In this document: positions 21,660 through 33,769 of the stretch, in pieces
Position numbering within the stretch: the stretch's first letter is position 1
Layout: every line of letters starts with the position of its first letter
Source of the DNA: Leptolyngbyaceae cyanobacterium
Lineage (GTDB): Bacteria > Cyanobacteriota > Cyanobacteriia > Phormidesmidales > Phormidesmidaceae
DNA length: 58,357 nucleotides
Direction of reading: 5' to 3'
Assembly (NCBI GenBank): GCA_050331235.1
Contig: JBHJHA010000037.1
Coordinates: 1 to 58,357, forward strand
The notes under the pieces: model-generated
The model's input: only the letters and a program-made list of their open reading frames with translations
The model's database searches: none
What the model was told of the DNA's origin: nothing
Program-made: the position numbers and the translations under genes

Positions 21660-24600
21660 TTGCTGCCCTACGGCCGGCTTGATGATGCCCAGGTGAATAT
21701 GTCCTCAGCTGCGATCGCCAACTCAACGATTAATCTAAGCGTAGAATCCGTCGCCAAAAATATTTTGATTGTTGATGACACGGCGGAAAATCTGCGCTTG
21801 TTAGTCACTGTGCTGTCTGCGCAAGGGTATGAAGTGCGTACGGCGCCCAATGGAAGATTGGCGTTGATGTCGGTACGGCAGCGATTGCCTGACTTGATCC
21901 TGCTGGATATTCGCATGCCGAAGATGAGCGGCTACGAAGTTTGCCAAAACTTGAAGTCCGAAGAGCAGACAAAAGATATTCCCATTATTTTTTTGAGTGC
22001 TCTGCAGGCGGGCAACGATAAGGCCAAAGCGTTTGAGGTGGGAGGCGATGACTACATCACCAAACCGCTTCAGGAAGAAGAAATCATCGCCCGGGTAAAG
22101 TATCGGCTACGCATGTTGGATTTGCAGCAACACCTCCTCCTCCAGCAGCAGCAGTTGGCTGAACAAAATCAGCAACTACAAAGGGAAATTCGCGATCGCC
22201 GCCGCATTGAGTCCGACCTTCACCAGGAGAAAATCCTGCTGCGTAGCTTACTGGATGCCATTCCAGACCTGATTTTCTTCAAAAACCAGCAGGGCCAATA
22301 TATTCTTTGGAACCAAGCCTTCGAAACGTTTACCGGCTTAGCCCCCAACACCATTTATCAGCGGACAGATGCCGACCTGTTTTCTCCCAAAGCCGCCAAC
22401 TGGATGCAAAACCATGACCAGCAGGTGTTCACCACGGGGCAAGCCCTGCGCCTTGAAGAGTGGGCCACCTATCCCGATCAAGACCGCCGATTGCTTGACA
22501 CCTATAAAATTCCGGTGCCGAGCTCAACCGGAGAACTATCAGGACTGCTAGGAGTGTGTCGAGACATTACCGACCGGTACCGAGCAGAGGATCATCTCAA
22601 TCGCACAACCTCCCGGCTATCGACGCTCATTAGCAGCTTACAGGCGGCCATCTTAGTCGAAGACGAACAGCGGCAAATCGCCCTGACCAATCAGTACTTT
22701 TGTGATCTCTTTGGGCTGCCACTCACCCCTGAAGATCTGCTCGGGCAGGATTGCCGCCAACTAGCCACACAGAGTGCTCACATTTTTGCCGATCCTCACC
22801 AAGCCAGTGAGCGCCTGCCACAGATCATTGAGCAACAACAGGCCGTCATCGGCGAAGAAATTGCCCTTGCTGACGGCCGCATCTTAGAACGGGACTACAT
22901 CCCAATTATGGCTGGCACCAACTTTCAGGGGCATTTGTGGCAGTATCGTGATATCACCTGCCGTAAAGCCAGTGAGCAGGCCCTGGTTAACACTTCTCAA
23001 ACCCTCTCCCAGTTCAGCCAGAACCTGAAACAGATTCATCGTCTTAATCTCAAAAGCTTCCATGATTTTGCCGAACTATTTGAAGACTACCTGACCACTG
23101 GCTGCCAGATTTTAAACTTCGCTGGGGGTGCCATTGGGTCTCTGCAGGGTCAAGACTACGTGATTGAGGCGCTGTCGCCCCCCCAGGACATCCTCTATCC
23201 GCAATATCGGTGTCATGCTGATGAAACGCTCTGTCAGCGAGCAGTTCAAACCCGACAGACTATTACCTACGCCCATATTGGTAACCTACCGGAGATGCAG
23301 GAGCACCCAATCTACCAAGCTTTGGGGTGGGAGTCGTTTATCAGCACACCAATTTTTGTCAACGATCGCGTATACGGCAGCCTCTGCTTTTTCTCCCGAG
23401 CACCTAGGACGCAAGGCTTTGTCAACCATGAACAGGAAATTATCGAGCTGTTGGCCCAGAGCATTGGTAAGTTTATTCGCTCTTGGGAAATGGAGCAGCA
23501 ACAGCAAGCAGTGGAAACGGCTTTGCGGGAAAGCGAGACCCGATTTCGGCAGTTGGCCGAGCACATTGAGAATGTCTTCTGGATCTTTGAGCCCGCTCAA
23601 CAGCGATTTACCTACGTATCCCCTGCTTTTGAGCGAATTTGGGGCCGTTCGTGTGGTGACCTTTTAGCGCGCCCTGACCTATGGCAGGAGACCATCCATC
23701 CTGAGATGGCCGATCGCGTGACGGCTCTGCGGCAGACCGGGCAACACTATGACGAAAAGTACCGAATTTTACGCCCCGATGGTCGTCTTCGCTGGGTCCG
23801 CGATCGCGCTTATCCCATATTTGATGAGACGGGCCGAGTCTATCGATTAGTCGGGCTGGCGGAAGATATCACTGATCTCAAAAACCAAGAGCAGGCCCTG
23901 CGACTGATATTCGAAGGTACAGCTGCCAAAACCGGGCAGGAATTCTGCCAGTCGCTGGAGCGCTACTTAGCTGAGGTGCTTCAGGTCCGCTATGTCAAGG
24001 TGGGACGGCGCATCGCTCCCCATCGGTTGCGCCACCTAGCGTTTTGGGATCATGACTGATTTGAAGAAAACCATGACTATGAAACCATCGGCACGCCCTG
24101 CGAACAGGTAGAACAGGGAGAAATGGTCTTCCACCACCAGCGGGTAAAAGCGCTCTATCCCCAAGATTCCTTCCTGCAAAGTCGGGACGTAAGCAGCTAT
24201 TTAGGGCTCCCCTTGACGAACGCAGACAATCAAGTGATTGGCTATCTGGCAGTAATGGACGATCACCCCATGCCGCGCAGTCAGGTGCGGGAGCTGATCC
24301 TGCAGATTTTTGCCGGCCGGGCTGGGGCAGAGCTTGAGCGCCAAATGTATGAGCAAGAGCTGCAGCAAGCTCGCGACCTAGCTGATACCGCAAACCGAGC
24401 AAAAAGCGAATTTTTGGCCAACATTAGCCATGAACTGCGCACCCCGCTGAATACCATTCTCGGATTTAGCCAACTCATTTTACGAGAAGCCACCCTCGCG
24501 ACCCAGCCCCGCGAGTATCTCAACACCATTAACCGCAGCGGAGAGCATCTCCTCACCCTGATCTATGATGTGCTGGAGATGTCCAAAATTGAAGCCAATA

Positions 24601-25850
24601 AAATTGTTCTGCATCCCCAACCAACGGATTTGCCTGGGTTACTGGCTGACCTACAGGAAATGTTTTCCCTAAAAGCTCAGGCCAAAGATATTGCCATTAT
24701 TTTAGATTGTGCTCAAGCGGTGCCTGCCTGCATCGAAGTGGATAAGAGGAAACTGCGGCAGGTTTTAATTAATCTCCTGGGCAATGCGGTGAAGTTTACC
24801 CAGCAGGGCCATGTACGACTAGCGGTGCAGGTCGTCTCAGCCCAGGCTCCGGCGGCGGCCACCCCAACTGCCACAAAGTTGTCACAATACTGTCCTATGG
24901 TGTTGGCATTCAGGGTCGAAGATACGGGCCCCGGCATCTGTCCTGAGGAGCTACCAATGCTGTTTCAACCCTTTGTGCAAACGAGGGCCGGGCAGCTTTC
25001 CCAGGAAGGAACAGGGCTAGGATTACCCATTAGTCAACGGTTTGTTCAACTCATGGGAGGCAAGATTCACGCCCAAAGCGAACTAGGCCGAGGTACAACC
25101 TTTGCCTTCGAAATCGAAGTCGTCCCCCTCTCAGAGGAGGCGGTGATAACGCCGGACGAGGTGCAGCAGCCAGTGCAATGCTTGGCTCCGGACCAGCCGG
25201 AATATCGGGTGCTGGTGGTAGAAGATCACCCAGAAAATCGTCAGTTGCTAGTCAGCATTTTGGAGTCAGTCGGATTTACCGTTTACACCGCGGAGGATGG
25301 CGTCGCGGCCATTGAGCAAGCCAGCCATTGTCAGCCTCATATTATTTGGATGGATATCTGTTTACCCCGGATGGATGGCTACGCCGCTACTCAGCGGATC
25401 AAAGCCTTAGCCTTACAGCCCTCGCCTGCAATCATCGCGCTAACGGCTAGCACCTTTGAAGATGAACGGTTGCGGGGAGCGGCCGCCGGCTGTGATGACT
25501 TCTTGCGCAAGCCCTTTAAAGCCGAACAAATTCTTCAAAAGATCGCGGATTTCCTCCCCGTCCGTTATCTCTACCAGCGCGATCGCCCCGCCCCAGCGGC
25601 AGCTACCCCACCCCCCCCAGATGAGTCAGGTCACCATGACCAGCTAGTCATTGAGCTGATGACCATGCCCCCCCTGTGGCGACAGACCCTACACCGAGCC
25701 GCCCGCCGCGGGTCTGACGAGCAGATTGTCCAGCTTGCTCAAGAACTTCCCCCCGCCCAAAACACCCTGGCCGCCGCCCTGGCCACCTGGGCTCAAAGCT
25801 TTGACTTTGAAAGTATACTTAACCTCCTGACGCTTGAGCCCCGCCCCTAG
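21660..25850 (+). pseudogene. Hybrid histidine kinase (REC-PAS-PAS-GAF-PAS-GAF-HisKA-HATPase-REC) interrupted by an in-frame TGA at 24057-24059
   Basis: ORFs 21660-24059 and 24123-25850 are in the same frame; read-through gives [24 protein letters not shown], a continuous GAF domain. Likely start ATG 21699. Confidence 0.85.
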
Positions 25851-25921
25851 AACTGTTAACCGCAAGTCCTATCTCCAGAAGCTAATTAGTCGAAATCTTT
25901 ATTTGCGGAACCGTTGCTGCC

Positions 25922-28900
25922 ATGTTGGATAGCTTCCTATCCCAAACCATTAATTTTCAACCGATTACCATTGGGCCTCAAACCTCCCTGCGATCAGCCA
26001 TTCTCGAGAGCAAAAGGGCTAGCTTCACCGCCCTTTGGGTGACGGAACCGGGTCTGGGGAATCACCAGAAACTGATGGGTGCGGTGTTTCCGGATCAGCT
26101 GCTAGAGGCGGTGACCACAGCCGACCAGCCAGTCTCTGCGCCTGTAGCATCGTTCATGTTGAAAGGATTGCCTCTAGTCCAACAACATCAGCCCATTTCA
26201 CTAGAGGCCTTGCTGGAGTTGTATCAGCAGCACCAGGTTGATATCTTGCCAGTGGCCGGTGACCAAGAGCAGTTTGTCGGTACTATTGCCCAGCGAGATA
26301 TTCTGTGCTGCTATTGCCAGCAATCCTCTCCCAACCTGTTGGAGCAGCTGTTTGATCAGGAGCAATATGGCCTCTTTTTTATGATGAATGATTCCCCCGT
26401 AACCTGGAATGCATCCATCGATCAAGAAGCTACCCTAGATGAGGTTTTTGCCCACCAGCATTTACCCAAGGTCAACCCAGCGATGCTGCAACAGTATGGG
26501 GCTACGGAAGCACAGTTTCTCGGTCTTACCCCAGCGGATCTCTTTGCCCATGACCTAGCGGCCGGACGACAACTGTGGCGGCGGTTGTTTGATGATAAAA
26601 CTTTAACCGCCATCACCCAAGAACGCCGTCTGGATGACCACGCCGACATTTGGATAGAGGGTCACTATATCTGTCTTTACAATGCCGCGGGAGATATTCT
26701 GGGCCATCTAGGGATTCAGCGTGAGATTACTTACTACAAAGAGATGGAAGCACTCTTGCTGCGGCGAGAGCGATATCTAACGGTAGTGGTGGCCATTCAA
26801 CAGCAACTGTTGGCGAAGGAATGTATTGCTCAATCCTCCTTCCCTCGGCCCCAGGATAATCTTCCGGGGCCGAGGGAAGCCCTATGGGGAGCGGATTCCA
26901 TAACCTCACAGGCGATGTACTACGAGATTTTGCAGCAGCTGGGAGAAACGGCTGAGGCTTCCAGGGTATACCTGTTTGAGAATCTTCAAAACAATCTCAT
27001 GAGCCAGCGAGTAGAGTGGTGCGCCGCCGGCATTCGTCCAGAACTTGACAACCCACAACTGCAAAATCTCTCCTACGATGATTTTTTTCCTCGCTGGTGG
27101 CGGACTTTGAGCCAAGGGCAGCCCATCAACGGAGTCGTCAAAGAGTTTCCCAGCGAGGAGCGGGCGGTTTTAGACTCCCAAGGAATTTTGGCGATTTTGA
27201 TTTTGCCCTTGACGGTCAAGGGCAAGTTTTGGGGCTTTATCGGCTTTGATAACTGCCGGCAGGCCCGGCCGTGGGAGGCAGCAGAAGTGAAACTGCTGAC
27301 GGCGGCAGCCGCAGCCCTGTCCTTATATCTAGAAAACTGTCAGGCGGAAATCAAATTACATCGAACTTGGCAACGGGAGCGCCTGACTCAGCAACTGGTG
27401 GAGCACATGCGGCAGACGCTGCAGGTGGAGCAAATTTTTGCGACGACGACAACGGAACTGCGATCGCTACTGGGATGCGATCGCACCCTAATCTATCGGT
27501 TTAACTCTGATTGGAGTGGTAGTTTTGTGGCGGAGTCGGTAGCCCCTGGTTGGCGGGCTCTGTCACAGATTTACGCCGGCTCACCCCCGCTACAAAATAG
27601 CGTAACCGCCCATGCGGCCTGTCAAGTACAAACTTGGCAAATCCAAATGCCCTTCGAGGTGGACACGTATCTCCAAGAATTTCAAGGGGGAGACTATCGA
27701 CAAGGCAAACCTTTTAGCTGTGTTGAGGATATCTACCAAGCTCAGTTCGAAGCCTGCTATCTAGAACTTTTGGAGAAAATACAGGCCAGAGCCTATCTGG
27801 TAGTCCCCATCTTCTTGAACGATCATCTCTGGGGGCTGCTCTGTAACTATCAAAACAGCGGTTCGCGCCAGTGGAATAGAGACGACATCGACCTGGTATT
27901 GCATATCACGGCCCAATTGGGAATTGCCCTGCACCACGTTGAATTGTTAGAACAAACTCGCCGACAAGCCCTGGAGTTAGCTAAAGCAAAGTCTGCGGCA
28001 GAAGCCGCCACTCAAGCTAAAGCGGAATTTTTAGCAAACGTGAGCCATGAGCTCCGCACCCCCCTCAACGCCATCTTGGGTTTTGGGGGGCTCTTGGCGG
28101 ACGAAATGAGCCCTGCTACGACGGCATCGGCGGCGGCCTCGAGTCTGGCTGAGCAGCAAGAATACATCGACATCATTAACCGCAATGGTCGCAACTTGCT
28201 CAACTTGATCAACAACGTTGTCGAAATTGCCCGTTTAGAGTCTGGGCAAAGCCAGCTCCTTGCCGTGGCCTTTGACCTCCATCAGCTACTCCAAGATGTT
28301 GAGGCGATCTATACCAAGCGTGCCGCCCAAAAGGGCCTGCAGTTAGTTTTTCGACTCAGTCCACACCTACCGCAAATAATTACGTCCGATCGCGACAAGC
28401 TGCTACAGGTGTTGCTCAACTTGCTGAACAATGCGGTGAGGTTTACCGAGTCAGGTGAAGTAACGCTCAAAGCTAGCGTGCAAAATCAAGTGGAAATTGA
28501 TCCCCGTCTGTCTCGCGTCAATTTAGCCTTCACCGTTGAAGACACCGGGACCGGCATTGCTACCGAAGAGCTCGGCACGCTGTTCCAACCCTTTTCTAAA
28601 CCTAAGGCACAGCAAATCAGTCAAGGACCAGCCCTCGGACTCGCCATCAGCCGCAAATTTGTCAACATACTGGGCGGTGATATCACCGTCACCAGTACCG
28701 TTAACCACGGTAGCCAATTCAGGTTCAATATTTGGGCGATCGCGAGGGCTGCATCTGCGCCTAAAGCCGTGAAATCGCAGTCTGTGTCTATTGAGAAAAA
28801 CGCTCCATCCGTAACGATTGGCCGGATTCTGATCGTCGAGTCTCAACCACAAGACAACTATCACCTAAAGCAAGTACTGTCGCCACTGGGCTGTGATTTC

Positions 28901-29479
28901 AGGACGGTGACTAGCCCTCAGGAAGCTTTGGCTCTCTGGGCTAACTGGCAACCCCACTTGCTGTTTCTCAACCTGGATTCAGCCTCGGCCGAGGCTCCAG
29001 AAATTATTCAACAAATCCACCTGCAGGCCGATGCTTTAGGCTCAACTACAGCGTCTGTCGTCACCAAAGTAATCGGTTTGCTGCCCCCTCATTCAATTTT
29101 ATCGACCAATCCGCCGCCGTCCGGTTACGATGAACTCCTGTATTGGCCAGGCCCACACGCTGATCTCATCGATATCGTTAATAGGTACCTCAATCTGTCT
29201 TTGCCGTTGCTTACTCCAACGTCTTCAAAGTCGAACGAGGCCAAAGCGGCGATCGCGGCCACTGTTCAGCCGACTCAGTTGCAACAGTCATCCCTATTGC
29301 AGGTCCCCTTTGCCTGGCGACAACAGGCGTACCAAGCAGCGCGCACAGGGGCTGATCAAAAGCTATTTCAGCTCATCGCTCAGCTGGAACCAGACCATGA
29401 GTATCTGCGCCAACTTTTGAGCAATCTGACCGAAAATTTTCAGTTCGACCAAATTATTGCGCTGCTCTCAGATGATTAG
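25922..29479 (+). CDS. CBS-PAS-GAF-CBCR GAF histidine kinase with degenerate receiver
   Basis: CBS-like N-terminus; CBCR motifs [22 protein letters not shown]...[16 protein letters not shown]; the receiver lacks the phospho-Asp (LFLNLD). Confidence 0.88.
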   Translation: MLDSFLSQTINFQPITIGPQTSLRSAILESKRASFTALWVTEPGLGNHQKLMGAVFPDQLLEAVTTADQPVSAPVASFMLKGLPLVQQHQPISLEALLELYQQHQVDILPVAGDQEQFVGTIAQRDILCCYCQQSSPNLLEQLFDQEQYGLFFMMNDSPVTWNASIDQEATLDEVFAHQHLPKVNPAMLQQYGATEAQFLGLTPADLFAHDLAAGRQLWRRLFDDKTLTAITQERRLDDHADIWIEGHYICLYNAAGDILGHLGIQREITYYKEMEALLLRRERYLTVVVAIQQQLLAKECIAQSSFPRPQDNLPGPREALWGADSITSQAMYYEILQQLGETAEASRVYLFENLQNNLMSQRVEWCAAGIRPELDNPQLQNLSYDDFFPRWWRTLSQGQPINGVVKEFPSEERAVLDSQGILAILILPLTVKGKFWGFIGFDNCRQARPWEAAEVKLLTAAAAALSLYLENCQAEIKLHRTWQRERLTQQLVEHMRQTLQVEQIFATTTTELRSLLGCDRTLIYRFNSDWSGSFVAESVAPGWRALSQIYAGSPPLQNSVTAHAACQVQTWQIQMPFEVDTYLQEFQGGDYRQGKPFSCVEDIYQAQFEACYLELLEKIQARAYLVVPIFLNDHLWGLLCNYQNSGSRQWNRDDIDLVLHITAQLGIALHHVELLEQTRRQALELAKAKSAAEAATQAKAEFLANVSHELRTPLNAILGFGGLLADEMSPATTASAAASSLAEQQEYIDIINRNGRNLLNLINNVVEIARLESGQSQLLAVAFDLHQLLQDVEAIYTKRAAQKGLQLVFRLSPHLPQIITSDRDKLLQVLLNLLNNAVRFTESGEVTLKASVQNQVEIDPRLSRVNLAFTVEDTGTGIATEELGTLFQPFSKPKAQQISQGPALGLAISRKFVNILGGDITVTSTVNHGSQFRFNIWAIARAASAPKAVKSQSVSIEKNAPSVTIGRILIVESQPQDNYHLKQVLSPLGCDFRTVTSPQEALALWANWQPHLLFLNLDSASAEAPEIIQQIHLQADALGSTTASVVTKVIGLLPPHSILSTNPPPSGYDELLYWPGPHADLIDIVNRYLNLSLPLLTPTSSKSNEAKAAIAATVQPTQLQQSSLLQVPFAWRQQAYQAARTGADQKLFQLIAQLEPDHEYLRQLLSNLTENFQFDQIIALLSDD

Positions 29480-29928
29480 GCTACGCTGCCTGCGATCGCA
29501 GGCGACTGACACTGACGTAAAGTATACTTTCGCCCATTAAGAACAGACCCAAACCCAACCCTTGTTAGCTTTAATTCTGAACAGAACTTCAGGAGTAATT
29601 ATTGACATTTAGTATTCCTATCGAGATGTATTCCTCTTTAATAAAACACTTGAGTCAATCAGCTCTGTTTAACCGTCTCAGAACTTTAAGCAGTCAACAT
29701 CTCTCACTCCAGACAGTGAGAAAATACTTTTGGGTTTTCATACGTCGTTAGCCATGCTCCTTGGCTGGTCAGAGAAACTGAAGCAAGTAACATTTCAGGA
29801 GGCAACTCGTTGCTTGAATCGCCCATTCAATTAAAGACCCACAATACTATGAGGTCATCTATTCTCTGAAAACTGCGGTCCTAATTTCTATCTTGATTTA
29901 TTTGTCAACATCGTCAGCACTATCTATC

Positions 29929-31065
29929 ATGAATGACCCTTTAAAAGATTCGTCCAAACAAGAGATTCTCGTTGTTGATGATACGCCAGATAATTTACGT
30001 CTCTTATCAGCTATTCTGACCAAAAAAGACTATGAGATTCGCAAAGCACTTAGTGGCAAGCAGGCTTTAGACTCTGTAAATGCTGATGCACCTGACCTGA
30101 TTCTCCTGGACATTAAAATGCCTGGCTTAGACGGTTATGAAACCTGCCGAGCACTCAAAGAGAATCCCGCCTCTAGTGCAATTCCCGTTTTTTTTATTAG
30201 TGCCCTAGATGATGCTCTCGACAAGGTTAATGCTTATGGGGTAGGCGGCGCAGACTATATTAGCAAGCCGTTTCAGGAGGCAGAGGTATTGGCACGGATT
30301 AAACATCAGCTCCATCTCCGAGATTTGCAACGGCAATTAGAAGTCAAAAATCAAAAACTGATTCAGTCTAACCAAGAACTTGAGCAATTCGCCCACGTAG
30401 TGTCCCATGATCTACAGCAACCTCTACAAAGCATTACTGGCTACACCAGAATTATCGAACTACGATATTCTGACTTGCTGGATGCCGATGCCAAACAATA
30501 TTTGACCAATATTTCAGATGCAGGCGATCGTATGCATCGGCTAATTCAAGATCTGTTGAGCTATGCCACAGTCGACAAAGAGCATGACATTTCTGCCGTT
30601 GTTGACTGCAATATTGTATTAGCCAAGGCTCTGAATAATTTGGAAATGCTAATTCAAGAAAGTACAGCCTGTATCCAGTATCCTGAACTGCCTAGTATTT
30701 GTGGTAGAGAAACTCAACTGATTCAACTTTTTCAGAATCTCATCAGCAACGCGATTAAGTATTCGCGACCGGATATTTCTCCGCAAATCAAAATCGACGT
30801 CTCGTTAAACTCTGATGGGCATTATACATTCGAGTTTCGAGACAACGGCATCGGGATTGCCCCTGATAACATTCACACCATTTTTCAGACGTTTTCTCGC
30901 CTTCATTCCAACGCAGAGTATCCCGGATCAGGGATTGGTTTAGCGACGTGCAAAAAAATCGTTGAGAGTCATTCCGGCAAAATATGGGTTGAATCAAAGC
31001 TGACAGAAGGCAGTGTTTTCTTTGTACAACTCCCGTGTGCCCTCCCCGCCCATGATGATGCTTAG
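29929..31065 (+). CDS. REC-HisKA-HATPase sensor kinase (Cph1-like kinase core)
   Basis: ILVVDD/LLDIKMP; SHDLQQPL, QNLISNAIKY, DNGIGI, GSGIGLA. ATG 29929 preferred over TTG 29893. Confidence 0.9.
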   Translation: MNDPLKDSSKQEILVVDDTPDNLRLLSAILTKKDYEIRKALSGKQALDSVNADAPDLILLDIKMPGLDGYETCRALKENPASSAIPVFFISALDDALDKVNAYGVGGADYISKPFQEAEVLARIKHQLHLRDLQRQLEVKNQKLIQSNQELEQFAHVVSHDLQQPLQSITGYTRIIELRYSDLLDADAKQYLTNISDAGDRMHRLIQDLLSYATVDKEHDISAVVDCNIVLAKALNNLEMLIQESTACIQYPELPSICGRETQLIQLFQNLISNAIKYSRPDISPQIKIDVSLNSDGHYTFEFRDNGIGIAPDNIHTIFQTFSRLHSNAEYPGSGIGLATCKKIVESHSGKIWVESKLTEGSVFFVQLPCALPAHDDA

Positions 31066-31162
31066 TCCTTACAGGCTTTGCCAACGCACCTGTGAACCTG
31101 GATTGGCAAAATGTATCGTTTGACTTAGTTGGATGTCTTGTAATGCCTGCTCAGCCGCTCAC

Positions 31163-32041
31163 TCAGTTTTTGAGCCTTGCCCGTTGGCGCTGAACGAGCC
31201 CGGCAAATACGGCGCTAGAGGCAAACATGATCAAGCTGTAGATAGCCGCCGGAATAGCCATGCTGGGCATATCGAGAAAAACTGGACTACTCGCAATGGC
31301 GATCGCTAACGTCCCGTTTTGAATCCCAACTTCGACGGTAATCGCCTTGGCGCTATTAAGCGTCAGTTGACTTAGACGGGCGATCGCAAACCCCAGCCCC
31401 ATGGTGAGCACATTCAACGCTAGCGTCACCCCACCGACTTGTAAGAAAAAGCTAACCACATTGGCGCGCTCCTTCGCCAATAGGCCCACAACAATCAGCG
31501 CCAAAAAAACCAGCGACAGCCACTTTACCTGACGCTCAACTTGAGCCGCCAAGTGCGTAATATAATGGTGGAGTACCATGCCCAAGGCCACGGGAATCAG
31601 AGAAATCACGGCAATTTGAAGAACCGTTTTTAAGAATGGCAGTTGCAGGGCAATGGCTTCTCCCATAAAGTACCGCATGGCCCCATTCACCAGCAGCGGA
31701 ATCGTCAATACCGTGACCAGGCTACTGATAGCCGGCAGAGTGATGGATAAAGCTACATTTCCCTGGACTAGGTAAGAAACCAGGTTAGAGGTCGGGCCAC
31801 CCGGACAAACCGCTAAAACTACTATCCCCACTGCCAGCTCTGGCGTAAGAGGAAAACTGGTTGCCAGCAAAAAGCCGATAACGGGCAACATCACTAGTTG
31901 AGCCAGGAGCCCTACCACAATGGCTTTAGGCTCTGCAAAAATTCGCTTGAAGTCATCAATGGTTAGCCCTAACCCCATGCCCAGCATGATGATGAATAGG
32001 GCCATTGGCAGAAAAACTGTGGTCAAAAAACTGGCTTCCAT
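31163..32041 (-). CDS. Bile acid:sodium symporter (BASS) family transporter
   Basis: Hydrophobic multi-TM protein with MLGMGLGL, CPGGPTSN and EVGIQNGTLA motifs. Confidence 0.9.
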   Translation of the reverse strand: MEASFLTTVFLPMALFIIMLGMGLGLTIDDFKRIFAEPKAIVVGLLAQLVMLPVIGFLLATSFPLTPELAVGIVVLAVCPGGPTSNLVSYLVQGNVALSITLPAISSLVTVLTIPLLVNGAMRYFMGEAIALQLPFLKTVLQIAVISLIPVALGMVLHHYITHLAAQVERQVKWLSLVFLALIVVGLLAKERANVVSFFLQVGGVTLALNVLTMGLGFAIARLSQLTLNSAKAITVEVGIQNGTLAIAIASSPVFLDMPSMAIPAAIYSLIMFASSAVFAGLVQRQRARLKN

Positions 32042-32288
32042 CGCTCCCCCTTCACCGGTTAAATGCTTGCACGGTCCTTATCATTGCACGGTGAAGAGCC
32101 CAAGCTTGGGTCAGAATGGCTAGGCAAAAGTGCACCGCTATGCGAACGATGCGGAGTATGGTGTCATCTCAACGGATACCACTTGAGATAGGCTGCTATG
32201 GCGCTTAGGATACATAATTCCTAAGCCTGCTGGAAAGCATTTCAACCAGTCCAGTAGAACGCAATCCCAGAAATCACATTCGAATAAA

Positions 32289-32316
32289 GCCTCCTCAGGC
32301 AAAACCTTGAGGAGGC
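32289..32316 (-). terminator. Intrinsic terminator downstream of the small secreted protein gene
   Basis: GCCTCCTCA...TGAGGAGGC stem followed on the minus strand by TTTATT. Confidence 0.6.
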
Positions 32317-32350
32317 AGGAAGTGTTTGAGGAACGTCGCTGGAGTGAAGC

Positions 32351-32584
32351 TTACTGTTTATCAATGATGCGTCGCTGTTCGTTGTAATCAGTTGCGTCTT
32401 TGTCTAAGTTCTCACGGCGCAATTGGTCAAAGTTGACCGCGTCCTTATCAAGGTTTTCGCGCCGGAGTTGGTCAAAGTCAGTAGCGGCAAAAACAGCGGG
32501 GGCGTTAATGAGACCGCCGGTTAAGGAAAGAACTAACGCAGCAGCGGTCAGGGGAGTGAGTGAGTGAGCGATCCGTTTCATCAT
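32351..32584 (-). CDS. Small secreted protein with three ~15-aa tandem repeats
   Basis: Signal peptide ending AVFA; repeats ATDFDQLRRENLDKD / AVNFDQLRRENLDKD / ATDYNEQRRIIDKQ with synonymous differences; AAGGAG RBS upstream and terminator downstream. Confidence 0.8.
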   Translation of the reverse strand: MMKRIAHSLTPLTAAALVLSLTGGLINAPAVFAATDFDQLRRENLDKDAVNFDQLRRENLDKDATDYNEQRRIIDKQ

Positions 32585-32715
32585 GAGAACTCCTTGTTTG
32601 GGGTGATTAAGGTTTCAATCATCTTGAGTTCTATAGTGGAAGCTGGCCCTGAGACTTTCCTGACCTCAAACTTAGTGAGACTTAATCCCTCTCTGAGAAA
32701 GCTGAGAACGGTTAA

Positions 32716-32745
32716 GTCAGGATAGGGCGATCGCCCTATCCTGAC
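32716..32745. promoter_or_regulatory. Perfect 30-bp palindrome centred on HIP1 in a divergent promoter region
   Basis: GTCAGGATAGGGCGA|TCGCCCTATCCTGAC. Confidence 0.55.
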
Positions 32746-32785
32746 AGGGGCAGACGACTAGGCGCGATCGCTTGTCTTCAAGTAG

Positions 32786-33736
32786 ATGTCTATGCAGCTC
32801 GAACCCAGTATTCAACTCCTGGACTGGCTGCTCCGGCAGCGGCGCCCCATCAGCGACCTTACCCTGCCAGAAATCCAACAGCGCAACACGGCTTCGCTTG
32901 ATGGAGTGCTGGCCTGGTTAATTTTGGGTCCCAAGTACCCATTACCCCGGGTAGTCAATCAGACCATTGACGGTCGCCATGGACCGATCCCGACGCGGCT
33001 GTATTATCCCGCGTTGCAATCAGGGATTCCGCTGATTGTGTTTTTCACGGCGGGGGCTGGATAACGGGAAGTTTAGAAATCCACGATCGCTTTTGCCGGC
33101 GCATTGCCCTCGCGACCCAGGCTCTGGTAATGGCCGTCGACTATCGCCTGGCCCCTTGGCACAAATATCCCACTCCGCTGGAAGACTGTTACGATGTCGT
33201 GCTCTGGGCCGCAGCCCCCGCTGCCAAGCTCAGGGCTGATGAGCATCAGCTCATTGTGATGGGAGACAGCGCCGGGGGTAACTTGGCCGCAGGGGTTTGT
33301 TTAATGGCACGCGATCAAGCCGGTCCATCCATTTTGCGGCAGGTGCTGCTTTATCCCGCTGTGGATGGCACGCTGTCTTATCCTTCCCATCAGCGCTATG
33401 CCAACGCTCCCCTGCTCAGCCAAGAGGCAATTCACTTTTATCGCGATCGCTACCGCCAAGTTCCTCAAGATATTCATGACCCTTATTTCTCCCCGCTGTT
33501 GGCACCCGACTTGAGTAACCTACCGCCAGCCCTAATTTTGACGGCTAAGTACGACCCCTTACGCGATGAGGGCGCCGCGTTTGCCCAGCGGTTGGCGACC
33601 CACAGCGCAGTTGTGTATCGCGACTATGCTGGCATGGTGCACGGCTTTATGAGCCTTTCCCCGCTTTTGTTCGAGGGCGGCGGCGGCCTTTGCCCTGGTG
33701 GGCGCTGATATCGAAGCTGTGACCACTACCACCTAA
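32786..33736 (+). pseudogene. HSL-family alpha/beta hydrolase (esterase/lipase), two frameshifts
   Basis: HGGGW is split by a missing base at the T5 run 33041-33045; GDSAG, DPLRDEG and HGF are present; an extra base near 33654 shifts a plausible C-terminus ending TAA 33734-33736. Confidence 0.8.
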
Positions 33737-33769
33737 AATGAAACGCGATCGCCCATTTGGCTGTTCAGC

